This document shows positions 1 through 15,415 of a stretch of DNA of 64,000 nucleotides, one piece after another (positions within the stretch are counted from its first letter, which is position 1; every line of letters starts with the position of its first letter). Both the position numbers and the translations under genes were made by a program. The notes beneath the pieces were generated by a model that had not been told where the DNA came from, made no database searches, and saw only the letters and a program-made list of their open reading frames with translations. Source of the DNA: Chrysomallon squamiferum (lineage: Eukaryota; Animalia; Mollusca). Location of the stretch: contig CM022665.1 of the NCBI GenBank assembly GCA_012295275.1, positions 40,362,001 through 40,426,000 on the forward strand, in the 5' to 3' direction.

Positions 1-22
1 TTCTTTTTTTTTATTTTTTTTC

Positions 23-420
23 AAAATCCTTGACGAATGACTTAACGTGTATTCTTTCTTTTTATTTAATTATTATTATTATTATTATATTTATTATTAT
101 TAGTATTATTATTATTATTTGTATTTACTTTTCTTTTCTTTTCTTTTTTTTTCCCTAAATACTTGAGGAATGACTTAACGTGTATTCTTTCTTTTTATTT
201 ATTCATTAATTTTTATTATTATTATTTGTATTTTCTTTTTTTTTTCTTTTTTTTGTTGTTTTTTTTTTTCAAAATCCTTGACGAAAGACTTAACGTGTAT
301 TCTTTCTTTTGATTGATTTATTTATTTATTTATTTATTATTATTATTATTTGTATTTTCTTCTTTTTTTTTTTTCTTTTTTTTTTTCCCTGAAAATCCTT
401 GACGTGTATCCTTTCTTTTT
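23..420. repeat. Degenerate tandem repeat, ~115-135 bp period, conserved core AAATCCTTGACGAATGACTTAACGTGTATTCTTTCTTTT
   Basis: Core seen near 23, 157, 271 and (shortened) 392, separated by T/TTA-rich low-complexity spacers. Confidence 0.75.
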
Positions 421-2777
421 TAAATTATTATTATTTTTAATTTGTATTTATTTATTTTTATTTATTTATTTTTTTATTTATTTATTTATTTTTTTATTTA
501 TTTAATTTTTCCAAATACTTGACCTCGGCTGACTTCAGGACTAATCTGCATTCACAACGTACAGCTCTTGATCACGGCTCTGATTGTCCTTGAGGCTCTT
601 GCCAACAAGCCACGAGCTCGTTACGTAAACAATTTGCAACACCTGTCTCTCTTCACAGAGAGCGCTTACAGAAGTTTATATTACTCTGGCAATTTTAATG
701 GCCCCGGGGGTGGGGGTGGAGGGGGGTCGAAGCTCGGGGTCGAGTCTGATGAGGCGTGCTTTAACAGTGGCCTGATTTATGGGCTCGGTCTGGTGTTGTT
801 GGGTAACAAGTTTAACAGACAGAGAGGAAAACAGTTTACGATTTTTCGTTGCCTGCAGTGTGAATGTTTCAACACACAAAGATATTTGTTTGTGACTTCG
901 TTTGACTTTTTAAATAACATCTGCTACGATATTGAGAGTATTAAGACATGTGTATGTATGTATGTATGTCTGAAAATTTGTATGTATGTGTACACACATC
1001 TATGTGTATACATGCATACATATATATATATATACACGTGTGTGGGTGTGGGTGTATATATATATAGGCTACATATATTTATATATATATATACACACAC
1101 ATGTAAGTATGTATGTATATATGTATATATATATATATATGTTTGTATATACACACATACATACATTCATACATACATACATACATACATACACACTACA
1201 CACATGATGATGATGATAATGGAGATGAAATACTGATGATGAAAATACACAAGTAAATAGATAACAATAGCAAATACATTTTAAATCTGTGTAGTTTTAG
1301 CTTACACCACTTGTAACGTACATTTCTTTATCAATTTATATGTATATATATATATTATTTATCAAACTTCCCGTTAAAGTGATAAACACATTTACATACC
1401 GCGTAATATCTACATTGTTACGGACAATATGTATTTCAGTGAAATGAATTAATTTCAACGTCGCATTCTTGTGATAATATTAATACGCCCACGGTGGTAT
1501 TTGTTACTGGCGGTGACCTCATTTGACCTTAGTTAACCTCTCGCGACCTCTTTTGCAAATGAACAATCTATACATCTGTTTCCAATTATATCGCGATCTT
1601 TTTGTTTCGTTTCATCTGTTGGTGCTAATGTATATTTCATCTACTACTGGAAAAAAAAAAAAAAAGTAAATTAACCCGTTTGAGTGATGCTATTGGCAAC
1701 CGAGAAATGTTGATTTCAGTTTTAGAAAAGCGATCCGGTTAGTAAGTTTTATGATCATGACTAGTTAGTGTAAGAGATATCGGCAATTGTGAAATTAACA
1801 CGTGATCTGTGAAATAACAATGCATCTAATAGAAACAAAAGTTTGTCAGAAGCAACAGAACAAAGTAAGACAGTCAGTCCACTGTTTGTGAAATGTATTT
1901 TCACAATACGTTGTTGTAAGTGATACTGTTGTTATTATAATCATCATTTTAATTAACCTCTCTTCGTTGTGTTTATTTTTGTTGGTGAAGTGTACGCCAG
2001 GGATAATTAACTAATGATAAATAAAGTTTATTCGATTATTGTTATTAATTATACTTCTGGAATGAATGAATGAATGAATGAATGAATGAAAAAAAGAAAA
2101 GAAAAAGGAACGAGTGAATGAATGAGGAATAAATTAATAAACGAATTAAAGAATGAATGAATGAATTTTTATGGAAAATTCAACATTTTTTTTTAATTAG
2201 AAGTATTTATTATATATAAATGCCAGGCATGACTTTTTAAAAAGCGTCAATTTTTACTTTTTAATACATTTTCTCTTGTTTTGTTGTTGTTTTTTTTTTA
2301 ATTTAATTTTTTTTTTTTTAAATGTTATCTGCTTTAAATTTGTGAATAATTAATAGTGTAATTTTTATTATTGTTATTTTTTGCTTATTCTTCAAAAAAT
2401 AAAATAACACTCAAAATATTTTTCAAAACAAATATTAAATATAATAATAATAATAATCATCATCATCATCATCAGTGAATATATAAAAAGAATGATTATA
2501 TATTTTAATTTTTTTTATTTATTTATTTACTTTATTAATTTTATTGTCATTATTATTATTTTTTCTATTGTTTATGTATTATTAATTTTATTTTATTTTA
2601 TTTTTTATTTCTCGTTATTTTACTATAATTATTAATACTTCGTTTTAATTTTTGTTGTTGCATTCCATTTCTTATTTTCTTTTTCTTTTTTTAAATTTTA
2701 AAAATTAGTTTATTTCTTTACTTCCCTTATTTCTTTTGTTTCTTTTTGTTCCCATCGCTCGTTTTTCGGTTCTGATT

Positions 2778-2779
<2 letters not shown>

Positions 2780-2867
<88 letters not shown>
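2780..2867. repeat. (CT)n microsatellite
   Basis: Perfect dinucleotide run. Representative of many others, e.g. (GA)n 4752-4818, (CT)n 9583-9674 and 13183-13249, (GA)n 23466-23530. Confidence 0.95.
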
Positions 2868-2871
<4 letters not shown>

Positions 2872-3714
2872 CCATTTATTAATTTCTGTTTCGGTAATAA
2901 CAAACACAACAAGCCGATTCATAATTACACTAATTATTTAGCATCGCTCTAGTCCGAGTACGGGTTGCAGACTTCAAATGAAAACCGATACTCCTCAATA
3001 ATTGATGTTCAGCCCAGTTTGTAAACATATATAATTTCCCTAGAGGCCTCTGGCCTCTTCAACAGTTTATATTCCAAAATTTGCAACATGCATCATTTAC
3101 CGCGCGCGCCCGTGTCAACAGCTCCAAAAATTTCGGAACGTAAATAATTTACGATCGTCGTGCCAATAACCGTGATAGCGGCGTAACTAATGTTTAACAT
3201 AACGTAACTGTACACGTTCTGATGGGTAAACATCGTCGATGACGTAACTAGCAGGACAGGATCTGGGTCAGAACTGGTGTTGACTGCGTGTGCCGAACAA
3301 TAATACATTAAATATTGCGTGGGTAATGATATTGGAACCTGGCCCAAAAACTCGTGTTTGTTGTTGATCAACATAAAATTACGGGTGTCGTTTGTACACA
3401 GAGTCAGTTTTAAAATATTAATTTTATACTGTTTTCCTAGGTGACTGACATTGTAACTGAATTGTTGTTTTTCTTTTTCTTTCTATTTTTTTTTTTTTTT
3501 TTCTTTGAACAATATGCCTGCTGTCGCCATTTTCACTGAAGTTGAACAGTTGTGCTAAGCAACAGCAACCCACCCACGCTTAAAAAAAAAAAAAAAAAAA
3601 AATAGTAAAAAGAACAAAGCCAACGTGAAACAAAGCCAAGTAAAATTATAACAAGAAAGTAAAAACGCACTGAGGAGATAATAAGTAATAATGACACGCA
3701 AACACAATTATTAT

Positions 3715-4150
3715 ATCTATCTATCTATCTATGTTTATATATGTGTCTGTCTATCTCTCTATCTGTCTCTCTGTCTATCTAACTAACTGTCTGTCTGACT
3801 GTCTATCTATCTATCTATCGATCTATATTTATATATCTCTCTGTCTATCTCTCTATCTGTCTCTCTATCTAGCTATCTGTCTATCTCTCTATCTCTCTGT
3901 CTGTCTATCTATCTATCTATATTTATATATCTGTCTGTCTATTTGTCTCTCTATCTGTCTGTCTGTCTATCTCTCTATTAGTCTATCTCTACTATCTACA
4001 TCTATCTATATACATACATACACACATACACATACACACATACACACATACACACACACACACATACATACATACATACATACATACATACATACATACA
4101 CACATACATACATACACAATATTATATACAGACATATATGCATATATATA
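3715..4150. repeat. Compound (TATC)n/(TGTC)n/(ACAT)n microsatellite
   Basis: Direct reading; it generates the spurious ORF 3731-4186. Confidence 0.9.
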
Positions 4151-4748
4151 CGCATCAACACAAATAGAGCAACAGCGTTTTATTAACGGCTCACTACAGA
4201 GAAGTGTTAATCTTCATCAATCACTCTAACCACTGAGCCACACACAAACACACACACAGCCCTCTTTAAAAATCGGTCATCTATTTAGCCCGACAGATCA
4301 AATTTCAGCGAATTCTAATTAATATTCGCTAATTAATTAAGGTGTCATCCATGCAGTTAATTAGTGCCATCTGCTACGGTGTTTTACAGAGATGACGGTG
4401 ATACAAATATTTATTAAGAAATGTAATTGTTACTGAGATGGGGATGAATAGGTGGTTTATCCCAGGGCGATATCTAAGCGAAATCTAAGAGAATTGCAGT
4501 AACATGGACTTGTACATCTGTTCCGTTTTAATTAAGTATAAGGTTTCGATTATTATTATTATTATTTTTATTTTTTTTATTATTATTATGTTTTAATTTG
4601 TTTAATTTTTATATTTTCCTTTCGTTTCGTTTATTTATTTATATTTATTATTTTATTTGTTATTTTTAATTTTGTTTTTGAAATAATAATTATAAAAATT
4701 TATTTATTTATTTATATATTACTTTTTTTGGAAATTTTATTTTATTTA

Positions 4749-4828
<80 letters not shown>

Positions 4829-5685
4829 TTACCAACAGCTAACTTCCTGTATTGTTTGACGGAGATGCATAATCGTAAAGTATAAAACGAAACAAGAAGA
4901 TACTACTGTAATAAATGATTAATGAACTGATAATTTATTGGGGGCTATAAAACAAGTTTTTAATATACAGAGATAGAAATGATGCTGAAGTGAACAGACA
5001 TAGCGAGTTAGATTAAATAACGGGACTTTTATTTCTGTATTATTACATCCAAAGTTTTATATCGGTGTTTTTATTTAATTGTCTTATATATATATATATA
5101 TTAATTACATAAACGTTTTGAATAGATTACAAAATCTGTTTCATCTAAGTCAAGTGTTGGTTAATTTAGTTCTATCACTGTATGTTTTTATTACTACACA
5201 CCCTCACATTTACACTTACATGCATTTACTCGTATTACAGTAGTATATATAGAAACTGAGGTCAATTTCGTATGTTTCAAAACGACTAGTAGGTTAACAC
5301 TTAAAACTAATATTTGTGAAACTGTGTCACTTGTACATGTCCCCAAATCGCACCTGTAATTTTTTTTTTTTTTTTTTTTTTTTTTTTCTTTCTTTTAAAC
5401 ACAACCACACCCTAAACCAGAAGAAGACAAGTGGTTCTAACTGTATCAGTAACGGCAAATTAGCGTCGACTTAAACGGTGAATGTGGCCTCTATTGTTCC
5501 CAGGTGTATAAACTGAAGAGCATTCAGGCGTGACAAACACTATGACAGTGGGTGGTACGTACACTTATGGATTTAACAAAAGAAAAAAGAAAAAGAAAAG
5601 AAAATGGCCAGAGAAAGAAAGAAGAAAGAAAATAAAGGGAGGAAGAAAGAAAGATTAAAAAAAAAAACGAGGAAAAGCTAGATAG

Positions 5686-5716
<31 letters not shown>

Positions 5717-6612
5717 AAAAAAAGTTAAAAAAAATCCAAAATGAAGGAAAGTTAAAGGAAGTGTAAATTAAATATAAAAGAAAAAAAGAGAAAAGAAGGG
5801 AAGAATAAAGAAAGAAAAATTAGAAAGAGAAAAAAAAGATAAGAGAGAAAAAAAGAAAACTATACAGACAAAGAAAGAAAATGAACGAAGGAAAAAAAAA
5901 AAAATAATAATAATTATAAATAAAAAAAATATATAAAAAAACCGAGGGGGAAAAAAAAAAAAAAAAAAAAAAAAAAGAAAGAATGAAGGAACTAAGCATG
6001 GAAGAAAGGCAGAAAATATTTTTAAAAATTAAACAAAGACAGGCATAAGGAAAGACAAACAAGAAGAAAGAAAGAAAGAAAGAGAAGAAAGAAAGAAGAA
6101 CGAAAGAAAAAAACGCAAGTATAAAGACAGCGATAAAAAAAAGTTTTAAAAAAAAGTAGAAGAGAAACGAATGGACTGTCTAAGTGACACAAAAACAAAC
6201 GACAAATTGAAGAAAGGAAGGAAGAATGAATAAAAAACAAAATAATAATAATAAAACAAAATAAAATAAAGCAGGGAAAAATAATAACACTAGAACAAAC
6301 AAACAAACAAACAAACCGTTGTCATTTTCTCCGACTTAATTCACCAAACACACTTGAAACGACACGCATTTTCCTAACTCGTTTAACTATTTTCACGCCT
6401 ATTCATTTTTATCGCTAGCAAAATGCGATGCCTTTTCACTTCATACAGCAGCCGTTTTCAGTCTCACATGAAACAAAATCGCGCGACAAAAACGAACAAA
6501 GGGCCGAGTTTTCTGCATTGAAAACTCGTTATGAAGTGTTTCTAACACTCATTAACATTGCTCCGCGATATCGCTTATAGTTCAGTGAAAACAATAATTG
6601 AAACGTATTGTC

Positions 6613-6646
<34 letters not shown>

Positions 6647-7921
6647 GACAAGAGATGAGAAAAGTGAAAAATCTGTGAAAAAAAGAGAAGAAAAAGAGAA
6701 AGCGTTATAAAAAAAAAAAAAAAAAAAAAAAAGGTGAGTCAATGGTCAGATAGATTGACGGTATATATATATAAACATGATGTGGCGTGTTATCGACAAA
6801 CAAAGATATCTGCTTTTTTTTTTTTACTTTTATTTCTTCACACCGTTACTTTCGCCGCCTAGTACGTTAAGTAGTGTTTGAGAGTATATATATATATATA
6901 TATATACATACATACTGTATATGTATATACATAAAAAATAATAATAGTAATAAAATTAAGTGTCTCTTTTTTTTTTTTTTTTTTGATGGACTTCGTTTTC
7001 TGCCTCGGGGGACGGTTTGGTAAGTACTGCAGTGTTTTTCTGTCGTTTAAAATTGACAAAGTTATTAAAGTGATCTGATTGTTTTTGGCAAACCTTTTGT
7101 GCGTGTGTGTTTTGATGGAAACGTCTTGAAAAACCGAACTAACCTTTTGACGCGGCTTGTCAAAACATGTTTCAGATACGTACTATATTTTACAAATGTA
7201 TTACCAGCCTCGGGGGCCTTCGATTGAAAGCGGGAACGCCCAGGATAGGGGCGGTCCTGAGAGACAAATGGAGGTGCCGTAAAGAAAAAGGGATCGAAGG
7301 AAAGGGGTGGGTTTTTAATAGGGATTTTTTAGGTAAATTGAGGAAAAAGACCCCAGAGATGCATTAAGAAAATATGGGGGAGTGTTAATAAGGGGATTTA
7401 AGGAAAAGGGCGGGGTCGTTGATGAAAGAGAATGGAAATAGGAAGGACAGGGGTAGAGAACTGAGGGAAGGGGTTTTGAACTAGGGGATTAGGAAGAGTG
7501 GTGGGGACAGTTGAAAAGGTGACATTGTTATTTTACATATCTTTTTTTTTTTTTTTTTTTTTTTCTACTGCTTTATAGTTTTAATTTTAGAAAGTGAAAA
7601 GACGATATTTTTATTATTTATTTTATTTTATTTTATTTTATTTTATTTATTTTTATTTATTTATTTATTATTGTTGTTGTTGTTGTTATCATATTTTTAT
7701 TTCAGGTATTTTATTATTATTATTATTTTTTTATTTGTCAGTTTAATTTTATTTTCTTCTAATTAGTATTCTCCTAAAAATAATTAATTTCAAAAATCTC
7801 TGAGATGATTATCTAAGAATATTATTATCATAAACATATTTATAGAAATAACAGAGACTGATACCGTTATCGTTGTTGATATTGTCGCTGGTTTATTTAC
7901 CTACTTATTTAATATATATAT

Positions 7922-7984
<63 letters not shown>

Positions 7985-8049
7985 GATATAGATATAAATT
8001 CGTAATTCTTTTGTTTATTAATTATTATTATTATTATTATTACAACTCT

Positions 8050-8095
<46 letters not shown>

Positions 8096-8451
8096 GCTGC
8101 TGCTGCTATTATTGCTATCATCAACATCATCATCATCCTTGTCATTATCATTATCATCGTCGTTATCATTTTATTCCTTTTATTTCTTCCTCTGCGTACA
8201 ACCGGCCACCGACACACGTCGACTATTAGAAAGTGACGTATCTGAAGCCGAGTCACGTAAACTCGTCGTGTTTTAATCACTTAAGATGTGAAGCGCGGTA
8301 ACTTAAGAAACCAGCTCTTGACAGCACGAAGTGGTTTTGTTCCGTGAGTTCAGGTAGTGCGTCCGAACGCGTTCCCGTTTCACGTCAGTGGACTCAGTTG
8401 TCAATAAACACGGCTGTACTTAAACCATCGCAGCTGGCGCGAAAAAGCTGT

Positions 8452-8488
<37 letters not shown>

Positions 8489-8646
8489 GCGTGTTGTGTG
8501 TTAATGTGTGTGTTTGTTTAATGTATGTACGATTGTATATGTGTATGTGTGTGTTCATGCGCGTGAGTGTGCGTTAGTGTGTGTCTGTGTGTTTGAGTCT
8601 AATGCGAGTACGATTGTATGTGTGTGTATGTCTATGTATGTTCACG

Positions 8647-8684
<38 letters not shown>

Positions 8685-9348
8685 CCTGTGTGCGCATGTG
8701 TGTGTGTTAGGGTCTGTGTTTATACATACAGCTCACTTGGTGACATAGTTTAGTTATTACAACAAAAACTCTTCGTCTGTGTTTCTGTGTTGAGAGTGCG
8801 TTTAATATGTGAACAGTTGTTTGTGTGTTTATGTCTGTGTGTGATCTTGTGTGTGTGTGTGTGTGCTATTTTTAACTACTGTAAATACATACAGCTCACT
8901 TCGTGACATAGTTTATATATTACAACAAAAACTCTTCGTCCTAGGTTACAAGATCAATGTGGTAAACAGTTTGTGACTGATTTTTAAAAAGAAGTATAAA
9001 AATAAATAAAAGGTTTATGGATTTATTTGTTATTTACTGCTACTGTAATTATGTTAGTTTATTTATTTATTATTAATTTATATATTTATTATTGTTATTA
9101 TTTTTATTATTATTATTGCTATTATCGTTATTATTATTTTACTTACGTACTTTTTTATTACTATAAATAATTATTATTTGTTTTCATTTGTTTATATTAC
9201 TCTACTGTTTTGTGTTGTTGTTTGTTTACAACCTCGTTTATTTTTATTATTATTATTGTTATCGTTGTTGTTAATATTAGTTGTTTTTTTTTTACTATTA
9301 TTGATACTGTTGTTGTTGTTACTGTTATCATAGTTATTATTTTTATTA

Positions 9349-9380
<32 letters not shown>

Positions 9381-9580
9381 GTTATTATTATTGCTACTAC
9401 TACTACTATTACTATAACTGTTATTATTGTAATTATTATTATTTTAGTTTTATGTGTATCCACACACTCATACACACTTTTATTTCTATTTATATATATA
9501 TATATAGATAGATTACAGAACCCATTACCTATATATTTATTTGAAATATTACTGATAACTGATTGCTACACTATTTACAC

Positions 9581-9677
<97 letters not shown>

Positions 9678-9999
9678 ATCACAAATCAATGAACAAACCA
9701 TTTGGCGTGTACTTACAGGCAATTAAAACTTAAGTGCATTTGTCGCGAATATAACACGCCAGCAATCAACACAGATATAAACCAAACGAGGGTAAGTGTG
9801 CTAAAATACATCTAGAGATAACATTTGTCAAGTGTGTGTATAAATAGTACAGAAACACTGGGCTTGATTTTTCTCATACGGTTTAACCCATATGAAATGA
9901 AAGAACGAAGGATCAAACCTCGATAGAGTTTCTACTGAATTATTTCCCCTTAAAAAACTTGCCAGAAAGTAACACAGAAGAAGCTGTCGTGGTAATTAA

Positions 10000-10320
10000 T
10001 GGTGATGATGATGGTAGCGGTAGATGTTGTAGTAGCGGACGAATTAGTAGCCGTAGTCATTTTATTGGTAATTACAGAAATAGTGGTCGTTGAAGTAGTA
10101 ACAGTAGCAGTTGTAGTGGTAGTGGTAACAATAAATGGAGTAGTATTATTATTGGCACCATCAGCAACAGTAGCAACAGTGGTAGTAGTAGTAGTAATAG
10201 AAGTAGTTGAAGTTGTAGTAATAGTATTAGTAATAGTAGTAGTTGAAGTAGTGATAAAGATAGTGGTAATGGTGGTAGTAGTAGTAGTAGTAGTTGCAGT
10301 AGTGATTGTAGTGGTAGTAT
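10000..10320. repeat. Degenerate (TAG/TGG)n trinucleotide tract
   Basis: Direct reading; a related inverted (CTA)n tract lies at 14958-15182. Confidence 0.85.
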
Positions 10321-11684
10321 ATGGAGATACAAATAGAATCAACCTTTTTATTACTTTAAATTTAATTTTTTTTTTTTTTTTTTTATTAATTTAATTTAAT
10401 TTAATTTAATTTATTTCATTTTATTAATTTTCGGGGTGGGGGGAGAAGATTTATTCATCCAAATTCCTGTATAAGTCTCTGTTTTGTTGTTAACGATTAT
10501 ATTCTGCCAATTTTATTTTTTATTTTATTTTATTTTGTTTTTTTTGACTGTTTTGAACTCTACCAATAAAGCGTAGACTATACCTTTACTTTTACAGATT
10601 TTACTTTTACTAATTATTTTTGTTTGTTTTGTTTTATTTTATTTATTATTATCATTTTTATTATTTTTTATTATTATTATTATTATTATTATTTTTTTTT
10701 TTTTTTTTTTTTATTATATTATTATTTTTTTTTTTTTTTTTTTGAAAATATTTTAACCCTCCACACACTTTGTAAACCATAATTTTCAGAAGGAAAAACA
10801 TTCAACCGTGAAAAAAAAAAAAAAAAAAAACATTATCCACTTGTTTAATTTTCAGAAGGAAGAACATTCAACCGTGACACAATCCACTTGTTTAATTACG
10901 GAGCTGAAATGTTATACCGAATTTATCCTTTGCAACGCGAAACCGCGCGACAAATGCCTTTTAATGAAACACAAATAAATAGATTTCGTGTTCGATAACA
11001 CATAAACAAAAAAACGCTGTCGTAAACCTTGGCCATCTGATCGGGAAAAAAACGCCTAAACGCAAAGTTTGAGCGTTAAAATTCAAAGTTAATTAGATCC
11101 GAAAAGCTCTAAAAATATATCACATTCGGCGTAGCAGTCAACAGGTGGACTAAGATCTATAATGAGAGCCGAGTCAAAGAGTCACCTTGTCGAACCAACG
11201 CGCGCGCGCGCATAATACACTGGTAATGGAATTCGTAACAATGGGAATGAAACGAAATTAAAAATGGCCAGATCAATCGAGTATCCAGCAAGCAAAATGT
11301 TTTCAGGGTTAATGTGCGCATTAACGAAATCATATATTTTTGGCTGTTGTTGTTGTTGTTGTTGTTGTGGATTTTTTTGTTTTTGTTTTCTTTGTTTCTT
11401 TCGATTTTTTGGAAAAGTTATTTTAGAGCCGGTTGATGTATAATTTTAAACAAAGAAAGTAAGATTGAAAAAAAAAAAAAGTAGAAGAAATTTTTTATTT
11501 TTTTATTTTTTTTATTTCTTTGTTTGACTGTTTATTTATTTATTTGTTTGTTTATTTGATTGTCATTGTTTGTTTTTTTTGTTTTTTTTTTTTTTTTTTT
11601 ATTTTTTTATTAAAATAAAATAAAATAAAATAAAATAAATAAAATAAATAAATAATAATAAAAATTATGATTATGATGATAACG

Positions 11685-11751
<67 letters not shown>

Positions 11752-12383
11752 TATTTTATTTTTATATTTTTTAAATCCCTTTTCTGCATAACATTTACAA
11801 CTCCATCTAAAAAACACATTCTATTTTTTACTGTATTAAATATATTTCTATTCGGTCTATTCTCCAACAGTAAGAATACTATTATTTCTTCCGAATCTGG
11901 TCTGATTTAATATCCATCATCTAAATCACTGGTTTCATTTTCAGATATGACTGCAGACTTTCCTAAATATAAATTACGCCTAATAACAGTAAATCTATAA
12001 CTGTACATTTACCGTTAAACCAATGTTAATTTATTTAATATTCAAGCCGCGACCTTAACTAGTATGTATTCCTGACACAGAAAACAAAAGTTTTAATTAT
12101 ACAAAATATTGCTGAAAAATAGCTTTCATATTTCTGACTGAAAAGAGCAGAAACCTGAAACGTATATTAATTATACACATTTACATATTTTCCTTTGATC
12201 ACGTATTAATTTAGTTGAGGTATTAGGATTTATTTTTAATTAATTATTTATTTATTTATTTTATTTTTTTTTTTTTTTCGATATCATGTCCTAGCCCCAT
12301 TACCTAAAATGAATTTGACCTACTCTTAAGATAGTATTATTTTCATTATCGTCATTATTGTCATCAATATCATCAGCCTTTTA

Positions 12384-12416
<33 letters not shown>

Positions 12417-13179
12417 CATCATCATCACCATCGTCATGTATATGTGTGTATGTATGAATGTATGTATGTATGTGTATGTATGTATGTGTGTGTACGTATG
12501 TATGTATGTATGTAAATGTGTACGTTTGTATGTATCTACGATCGTACGTATACAAGTACTAACGTGTACATTTAAACATCAGTAAAACATTACGCATACA
12601 AACAACAGCACAAGACACATTTTATACAGTCAACGTATTCAACCTCCGTGTAAAGAGGCTATGTGACAGAGTCGTTATAGCTTCATAACTACTCCACTCT
12701 GCATGACGTTTATTGTCACAGGCGCTGAATTAAAACGCGTTTTCAGATAAGCATTATTGCCATATTAAAGGGGCGCAAAGCAACGATTACTCGCTCGTAT
12801 TTCAAGTTTTTTTTTTTTTTCTTTTTAACTTTGAGCGACGCTTGTGATCTGGTAAGAGAACGCCCTTTTTAAAAGCCCTTTTGTTAATCTCGACACATTT
12901 TATTACCGCAGATTTTAGTGGGCTTTTTTTTTTTTTTCTTTTTTCAATTTTTTTTTTTTTTTCCCCGAGGATTTCTTTTCCGCTATTATTTTTATTTCAT
13001 TATTAAGATTTAAATATCTCCTTCTCTGTGAAAATTGCGCATAAATTTTATTCTTTTTTTTTTTTTTTTTTTTTTTTCTTTTTTTTTCTTTTCTTTTCTT
13101 TTCTTTTTTTACTGATGTTTTACTTAATATGTGATCTGTTTGTTAAATGTAAAAAGTATAGAAAAATAAAATGAATAAC

Positions 13180-13252
<73 letters not shown>

Positions 13253-13443
13253 TGCTGATAACTAAATAAAACCGCGTCGGAAGAAAAATTAAAGTATTTT
13301 GTTCATCATTTCTTTTTTTCTTTTTTTTTTAATTCATCATTTTATTTATTTTTTATTCTTTCTTTTTCCTTCCTTATTCATTTCTTCATTGTTGTCTTCC
13401 TTTCTTTTCTTATATCTTTTATTTTATTATTATTATTATTATT

Positions 13444-13485
<42 letters not shown>

Positions 13486-13764
13486 ACAGTTGTTTATAAA
13501 CTGATAAACAGTTATGTATATATGTATGTATGTATGTCTTTGTATTTAAGAAATATGGGAAAATATTTTTTCTGATTCATTTTATTTCTTTTTCTCCTCC
13601 TTCTTCTTGTTTTTATTGGTGGTAGTAGTAGTAGTAGTGGTAGTAATAGTAGTAGTGGTAGTCGTTGTTGTTGTTATAGTAGATACTGGCAGAAATAAAC
13701 TTAAAATGGGTGTGTCCTTCCCCTTCTCTACTGCTTCCCATAGATTTGAGCTACGACATACATA

Positions 13765-14110
13765 AATCCGCCATTTTATTACTAATCTGACGTCACAACT
13801 TTTTGCATACATTATTTTTATCCACTGTCACAGGTGTCGTTTCGAATACTAAAGACGAGAACGGCAGCTTATCTTTCGCCTAACTCGCTATTACGCAGCA
13901 ACTGCGCAATTACGTAAATCACCTCGATCGACCTTTGACCTTTTTCGTTGACGACACGGCACAGCTTTGGGGAAACGATTGTTTTGAAAGAGCCATTGAA
14001 ACCTATTGTAATGGCGACTGTTCGAGATCGTTATAATTACCCGAATGACCTCTTTAGCCGCGGTTTAGTGTAAAATGATGATAGCGCAGTTGAAAAATGG
14101 CGACGCGAGT
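13765..14110. promoter_or_regulatory. CpG-rich non-repetitive island with CRE, PAR/C-EBP-like, DR1-like and YY1-like motifs; candidate promoter or enhancer of bZIP gene 1
   Basis: TGACGTCA 13788-13795, TTACGTAA 13910-13917, GACCTTTGACCT ~13930-13941, CCGCCATTTT ~13768, AAAATGGCG ~14094. Function is inferred. Confidence 0.4.
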
Positions 14111-14309
14111 AGTTTGTAACTTCTGGCGGAGGTGGTTATGTCCTAATAGATGAGCGCTGATCTCAGAAAAATTTAAAAAAAAAAAAAAGAAAAAAAAGAA
14201 AAAAAAAAAAAAAAGTTGGTCACGGATTCACTTCTGCTCCATTGTATTATTTCCTGGTAATATAGTTTTGTATCTAAGTGTATTTATATATATAACCTAA
14301 TGGATATAG

Positions 14310-14350
<41 letters not shown>

Positions 14351-14563
14351 TAGAGCATAGGGAAATAAAAGAATACATCTATCTATATAGACAGATAAAT
14401 ATAGAAACATACACACACACATATATAGTTTTATATATATATATATATGATGCAATAACAACGTACCCTACATTCTATCAATTTATTTTGAAATTAAAAC
14501 ACAATACACCAACATTTAGTATTTCTATTGTTCAGTTTAAAAATAAATATTTTACAGCAATAA

Positions 14564-14598
<35 letters not shown>

Positions 14599-15379
14599 GA
14601 AAATGAAATAATGTGCAATAAATTATGAATCTATAGAATTACTGTTGAAAAATGAAACGTAATATGTAAGACATTTAGAAATATATATGAGCAATGAAAC
14701 AGATGTTGTTTTGATACACAGAATGAATGGTTAAACGTCAAATTAATAACGGTACAAATAACTGTATTGTTTCTGGTTATAAATATTTCTGGTATGTGAC
14801 TCCGATTAAAACGTACTGAATTTTTTAATTAATTTATTTATATAAATAAAAAAAATAAAAAAAAAGAAGAAGATGAATGAAAATTCTTTATTTTGATAAT
14901 CATTTTTAAAAACGTCATCAAACAATGCATTATTTCACCTTCATATGTAAACGGACACTATAATAATACTACTCCATTTATTGTTACCGCTATCACTACA
15001 GCTACTTCTATTACTACTACTACTACTCCTACTCCTATTACTGCAACCACAACCACTACCACTACGGTTACATTTACCTTTACTGTTCTTGCTATTACTG
15101 CTGCTACTACTACTATTATCTTTATTGTTACTAGTACTACTACTACTACTGCTACTACTACTACTACTACTACTACTACTAACTCAACACCAGTCACGAT
15201 GTAAACGTAATACGTCCCCTCCCATGACTTTATCCCCAACCCTGCATCCCATCCGCACCACCAGACCAAACGTTTCCTGGCACCCCTCACCTCTTCTCCC
15301 TGACCCACCAAACTTTATAGTTTATTTATTTCAAACGCTCGTCCCCTTCGCCTTATCTCAAATCCCTGACCACCTTATT

Positions 15380-15415
<36 letters not shown>

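Noticed and set aside
23-420. CRISPR-like repeat-spacer appearance
   Set aside because: Eukaryotic context, low-complexity spacers of variable length, degenerate repeats and no cas genes.
706-740. G-quadruplex-like G runs (also 7200-7510 and C runs near 15700)
   Set aside because: Plausible motif but nothing links it to a function.
568-1236. 222-aa ORF
   Set aside because: Non-ATG start, C-terminal half is (TA/TG/CA)n microsatellite, and no recognisable domain.
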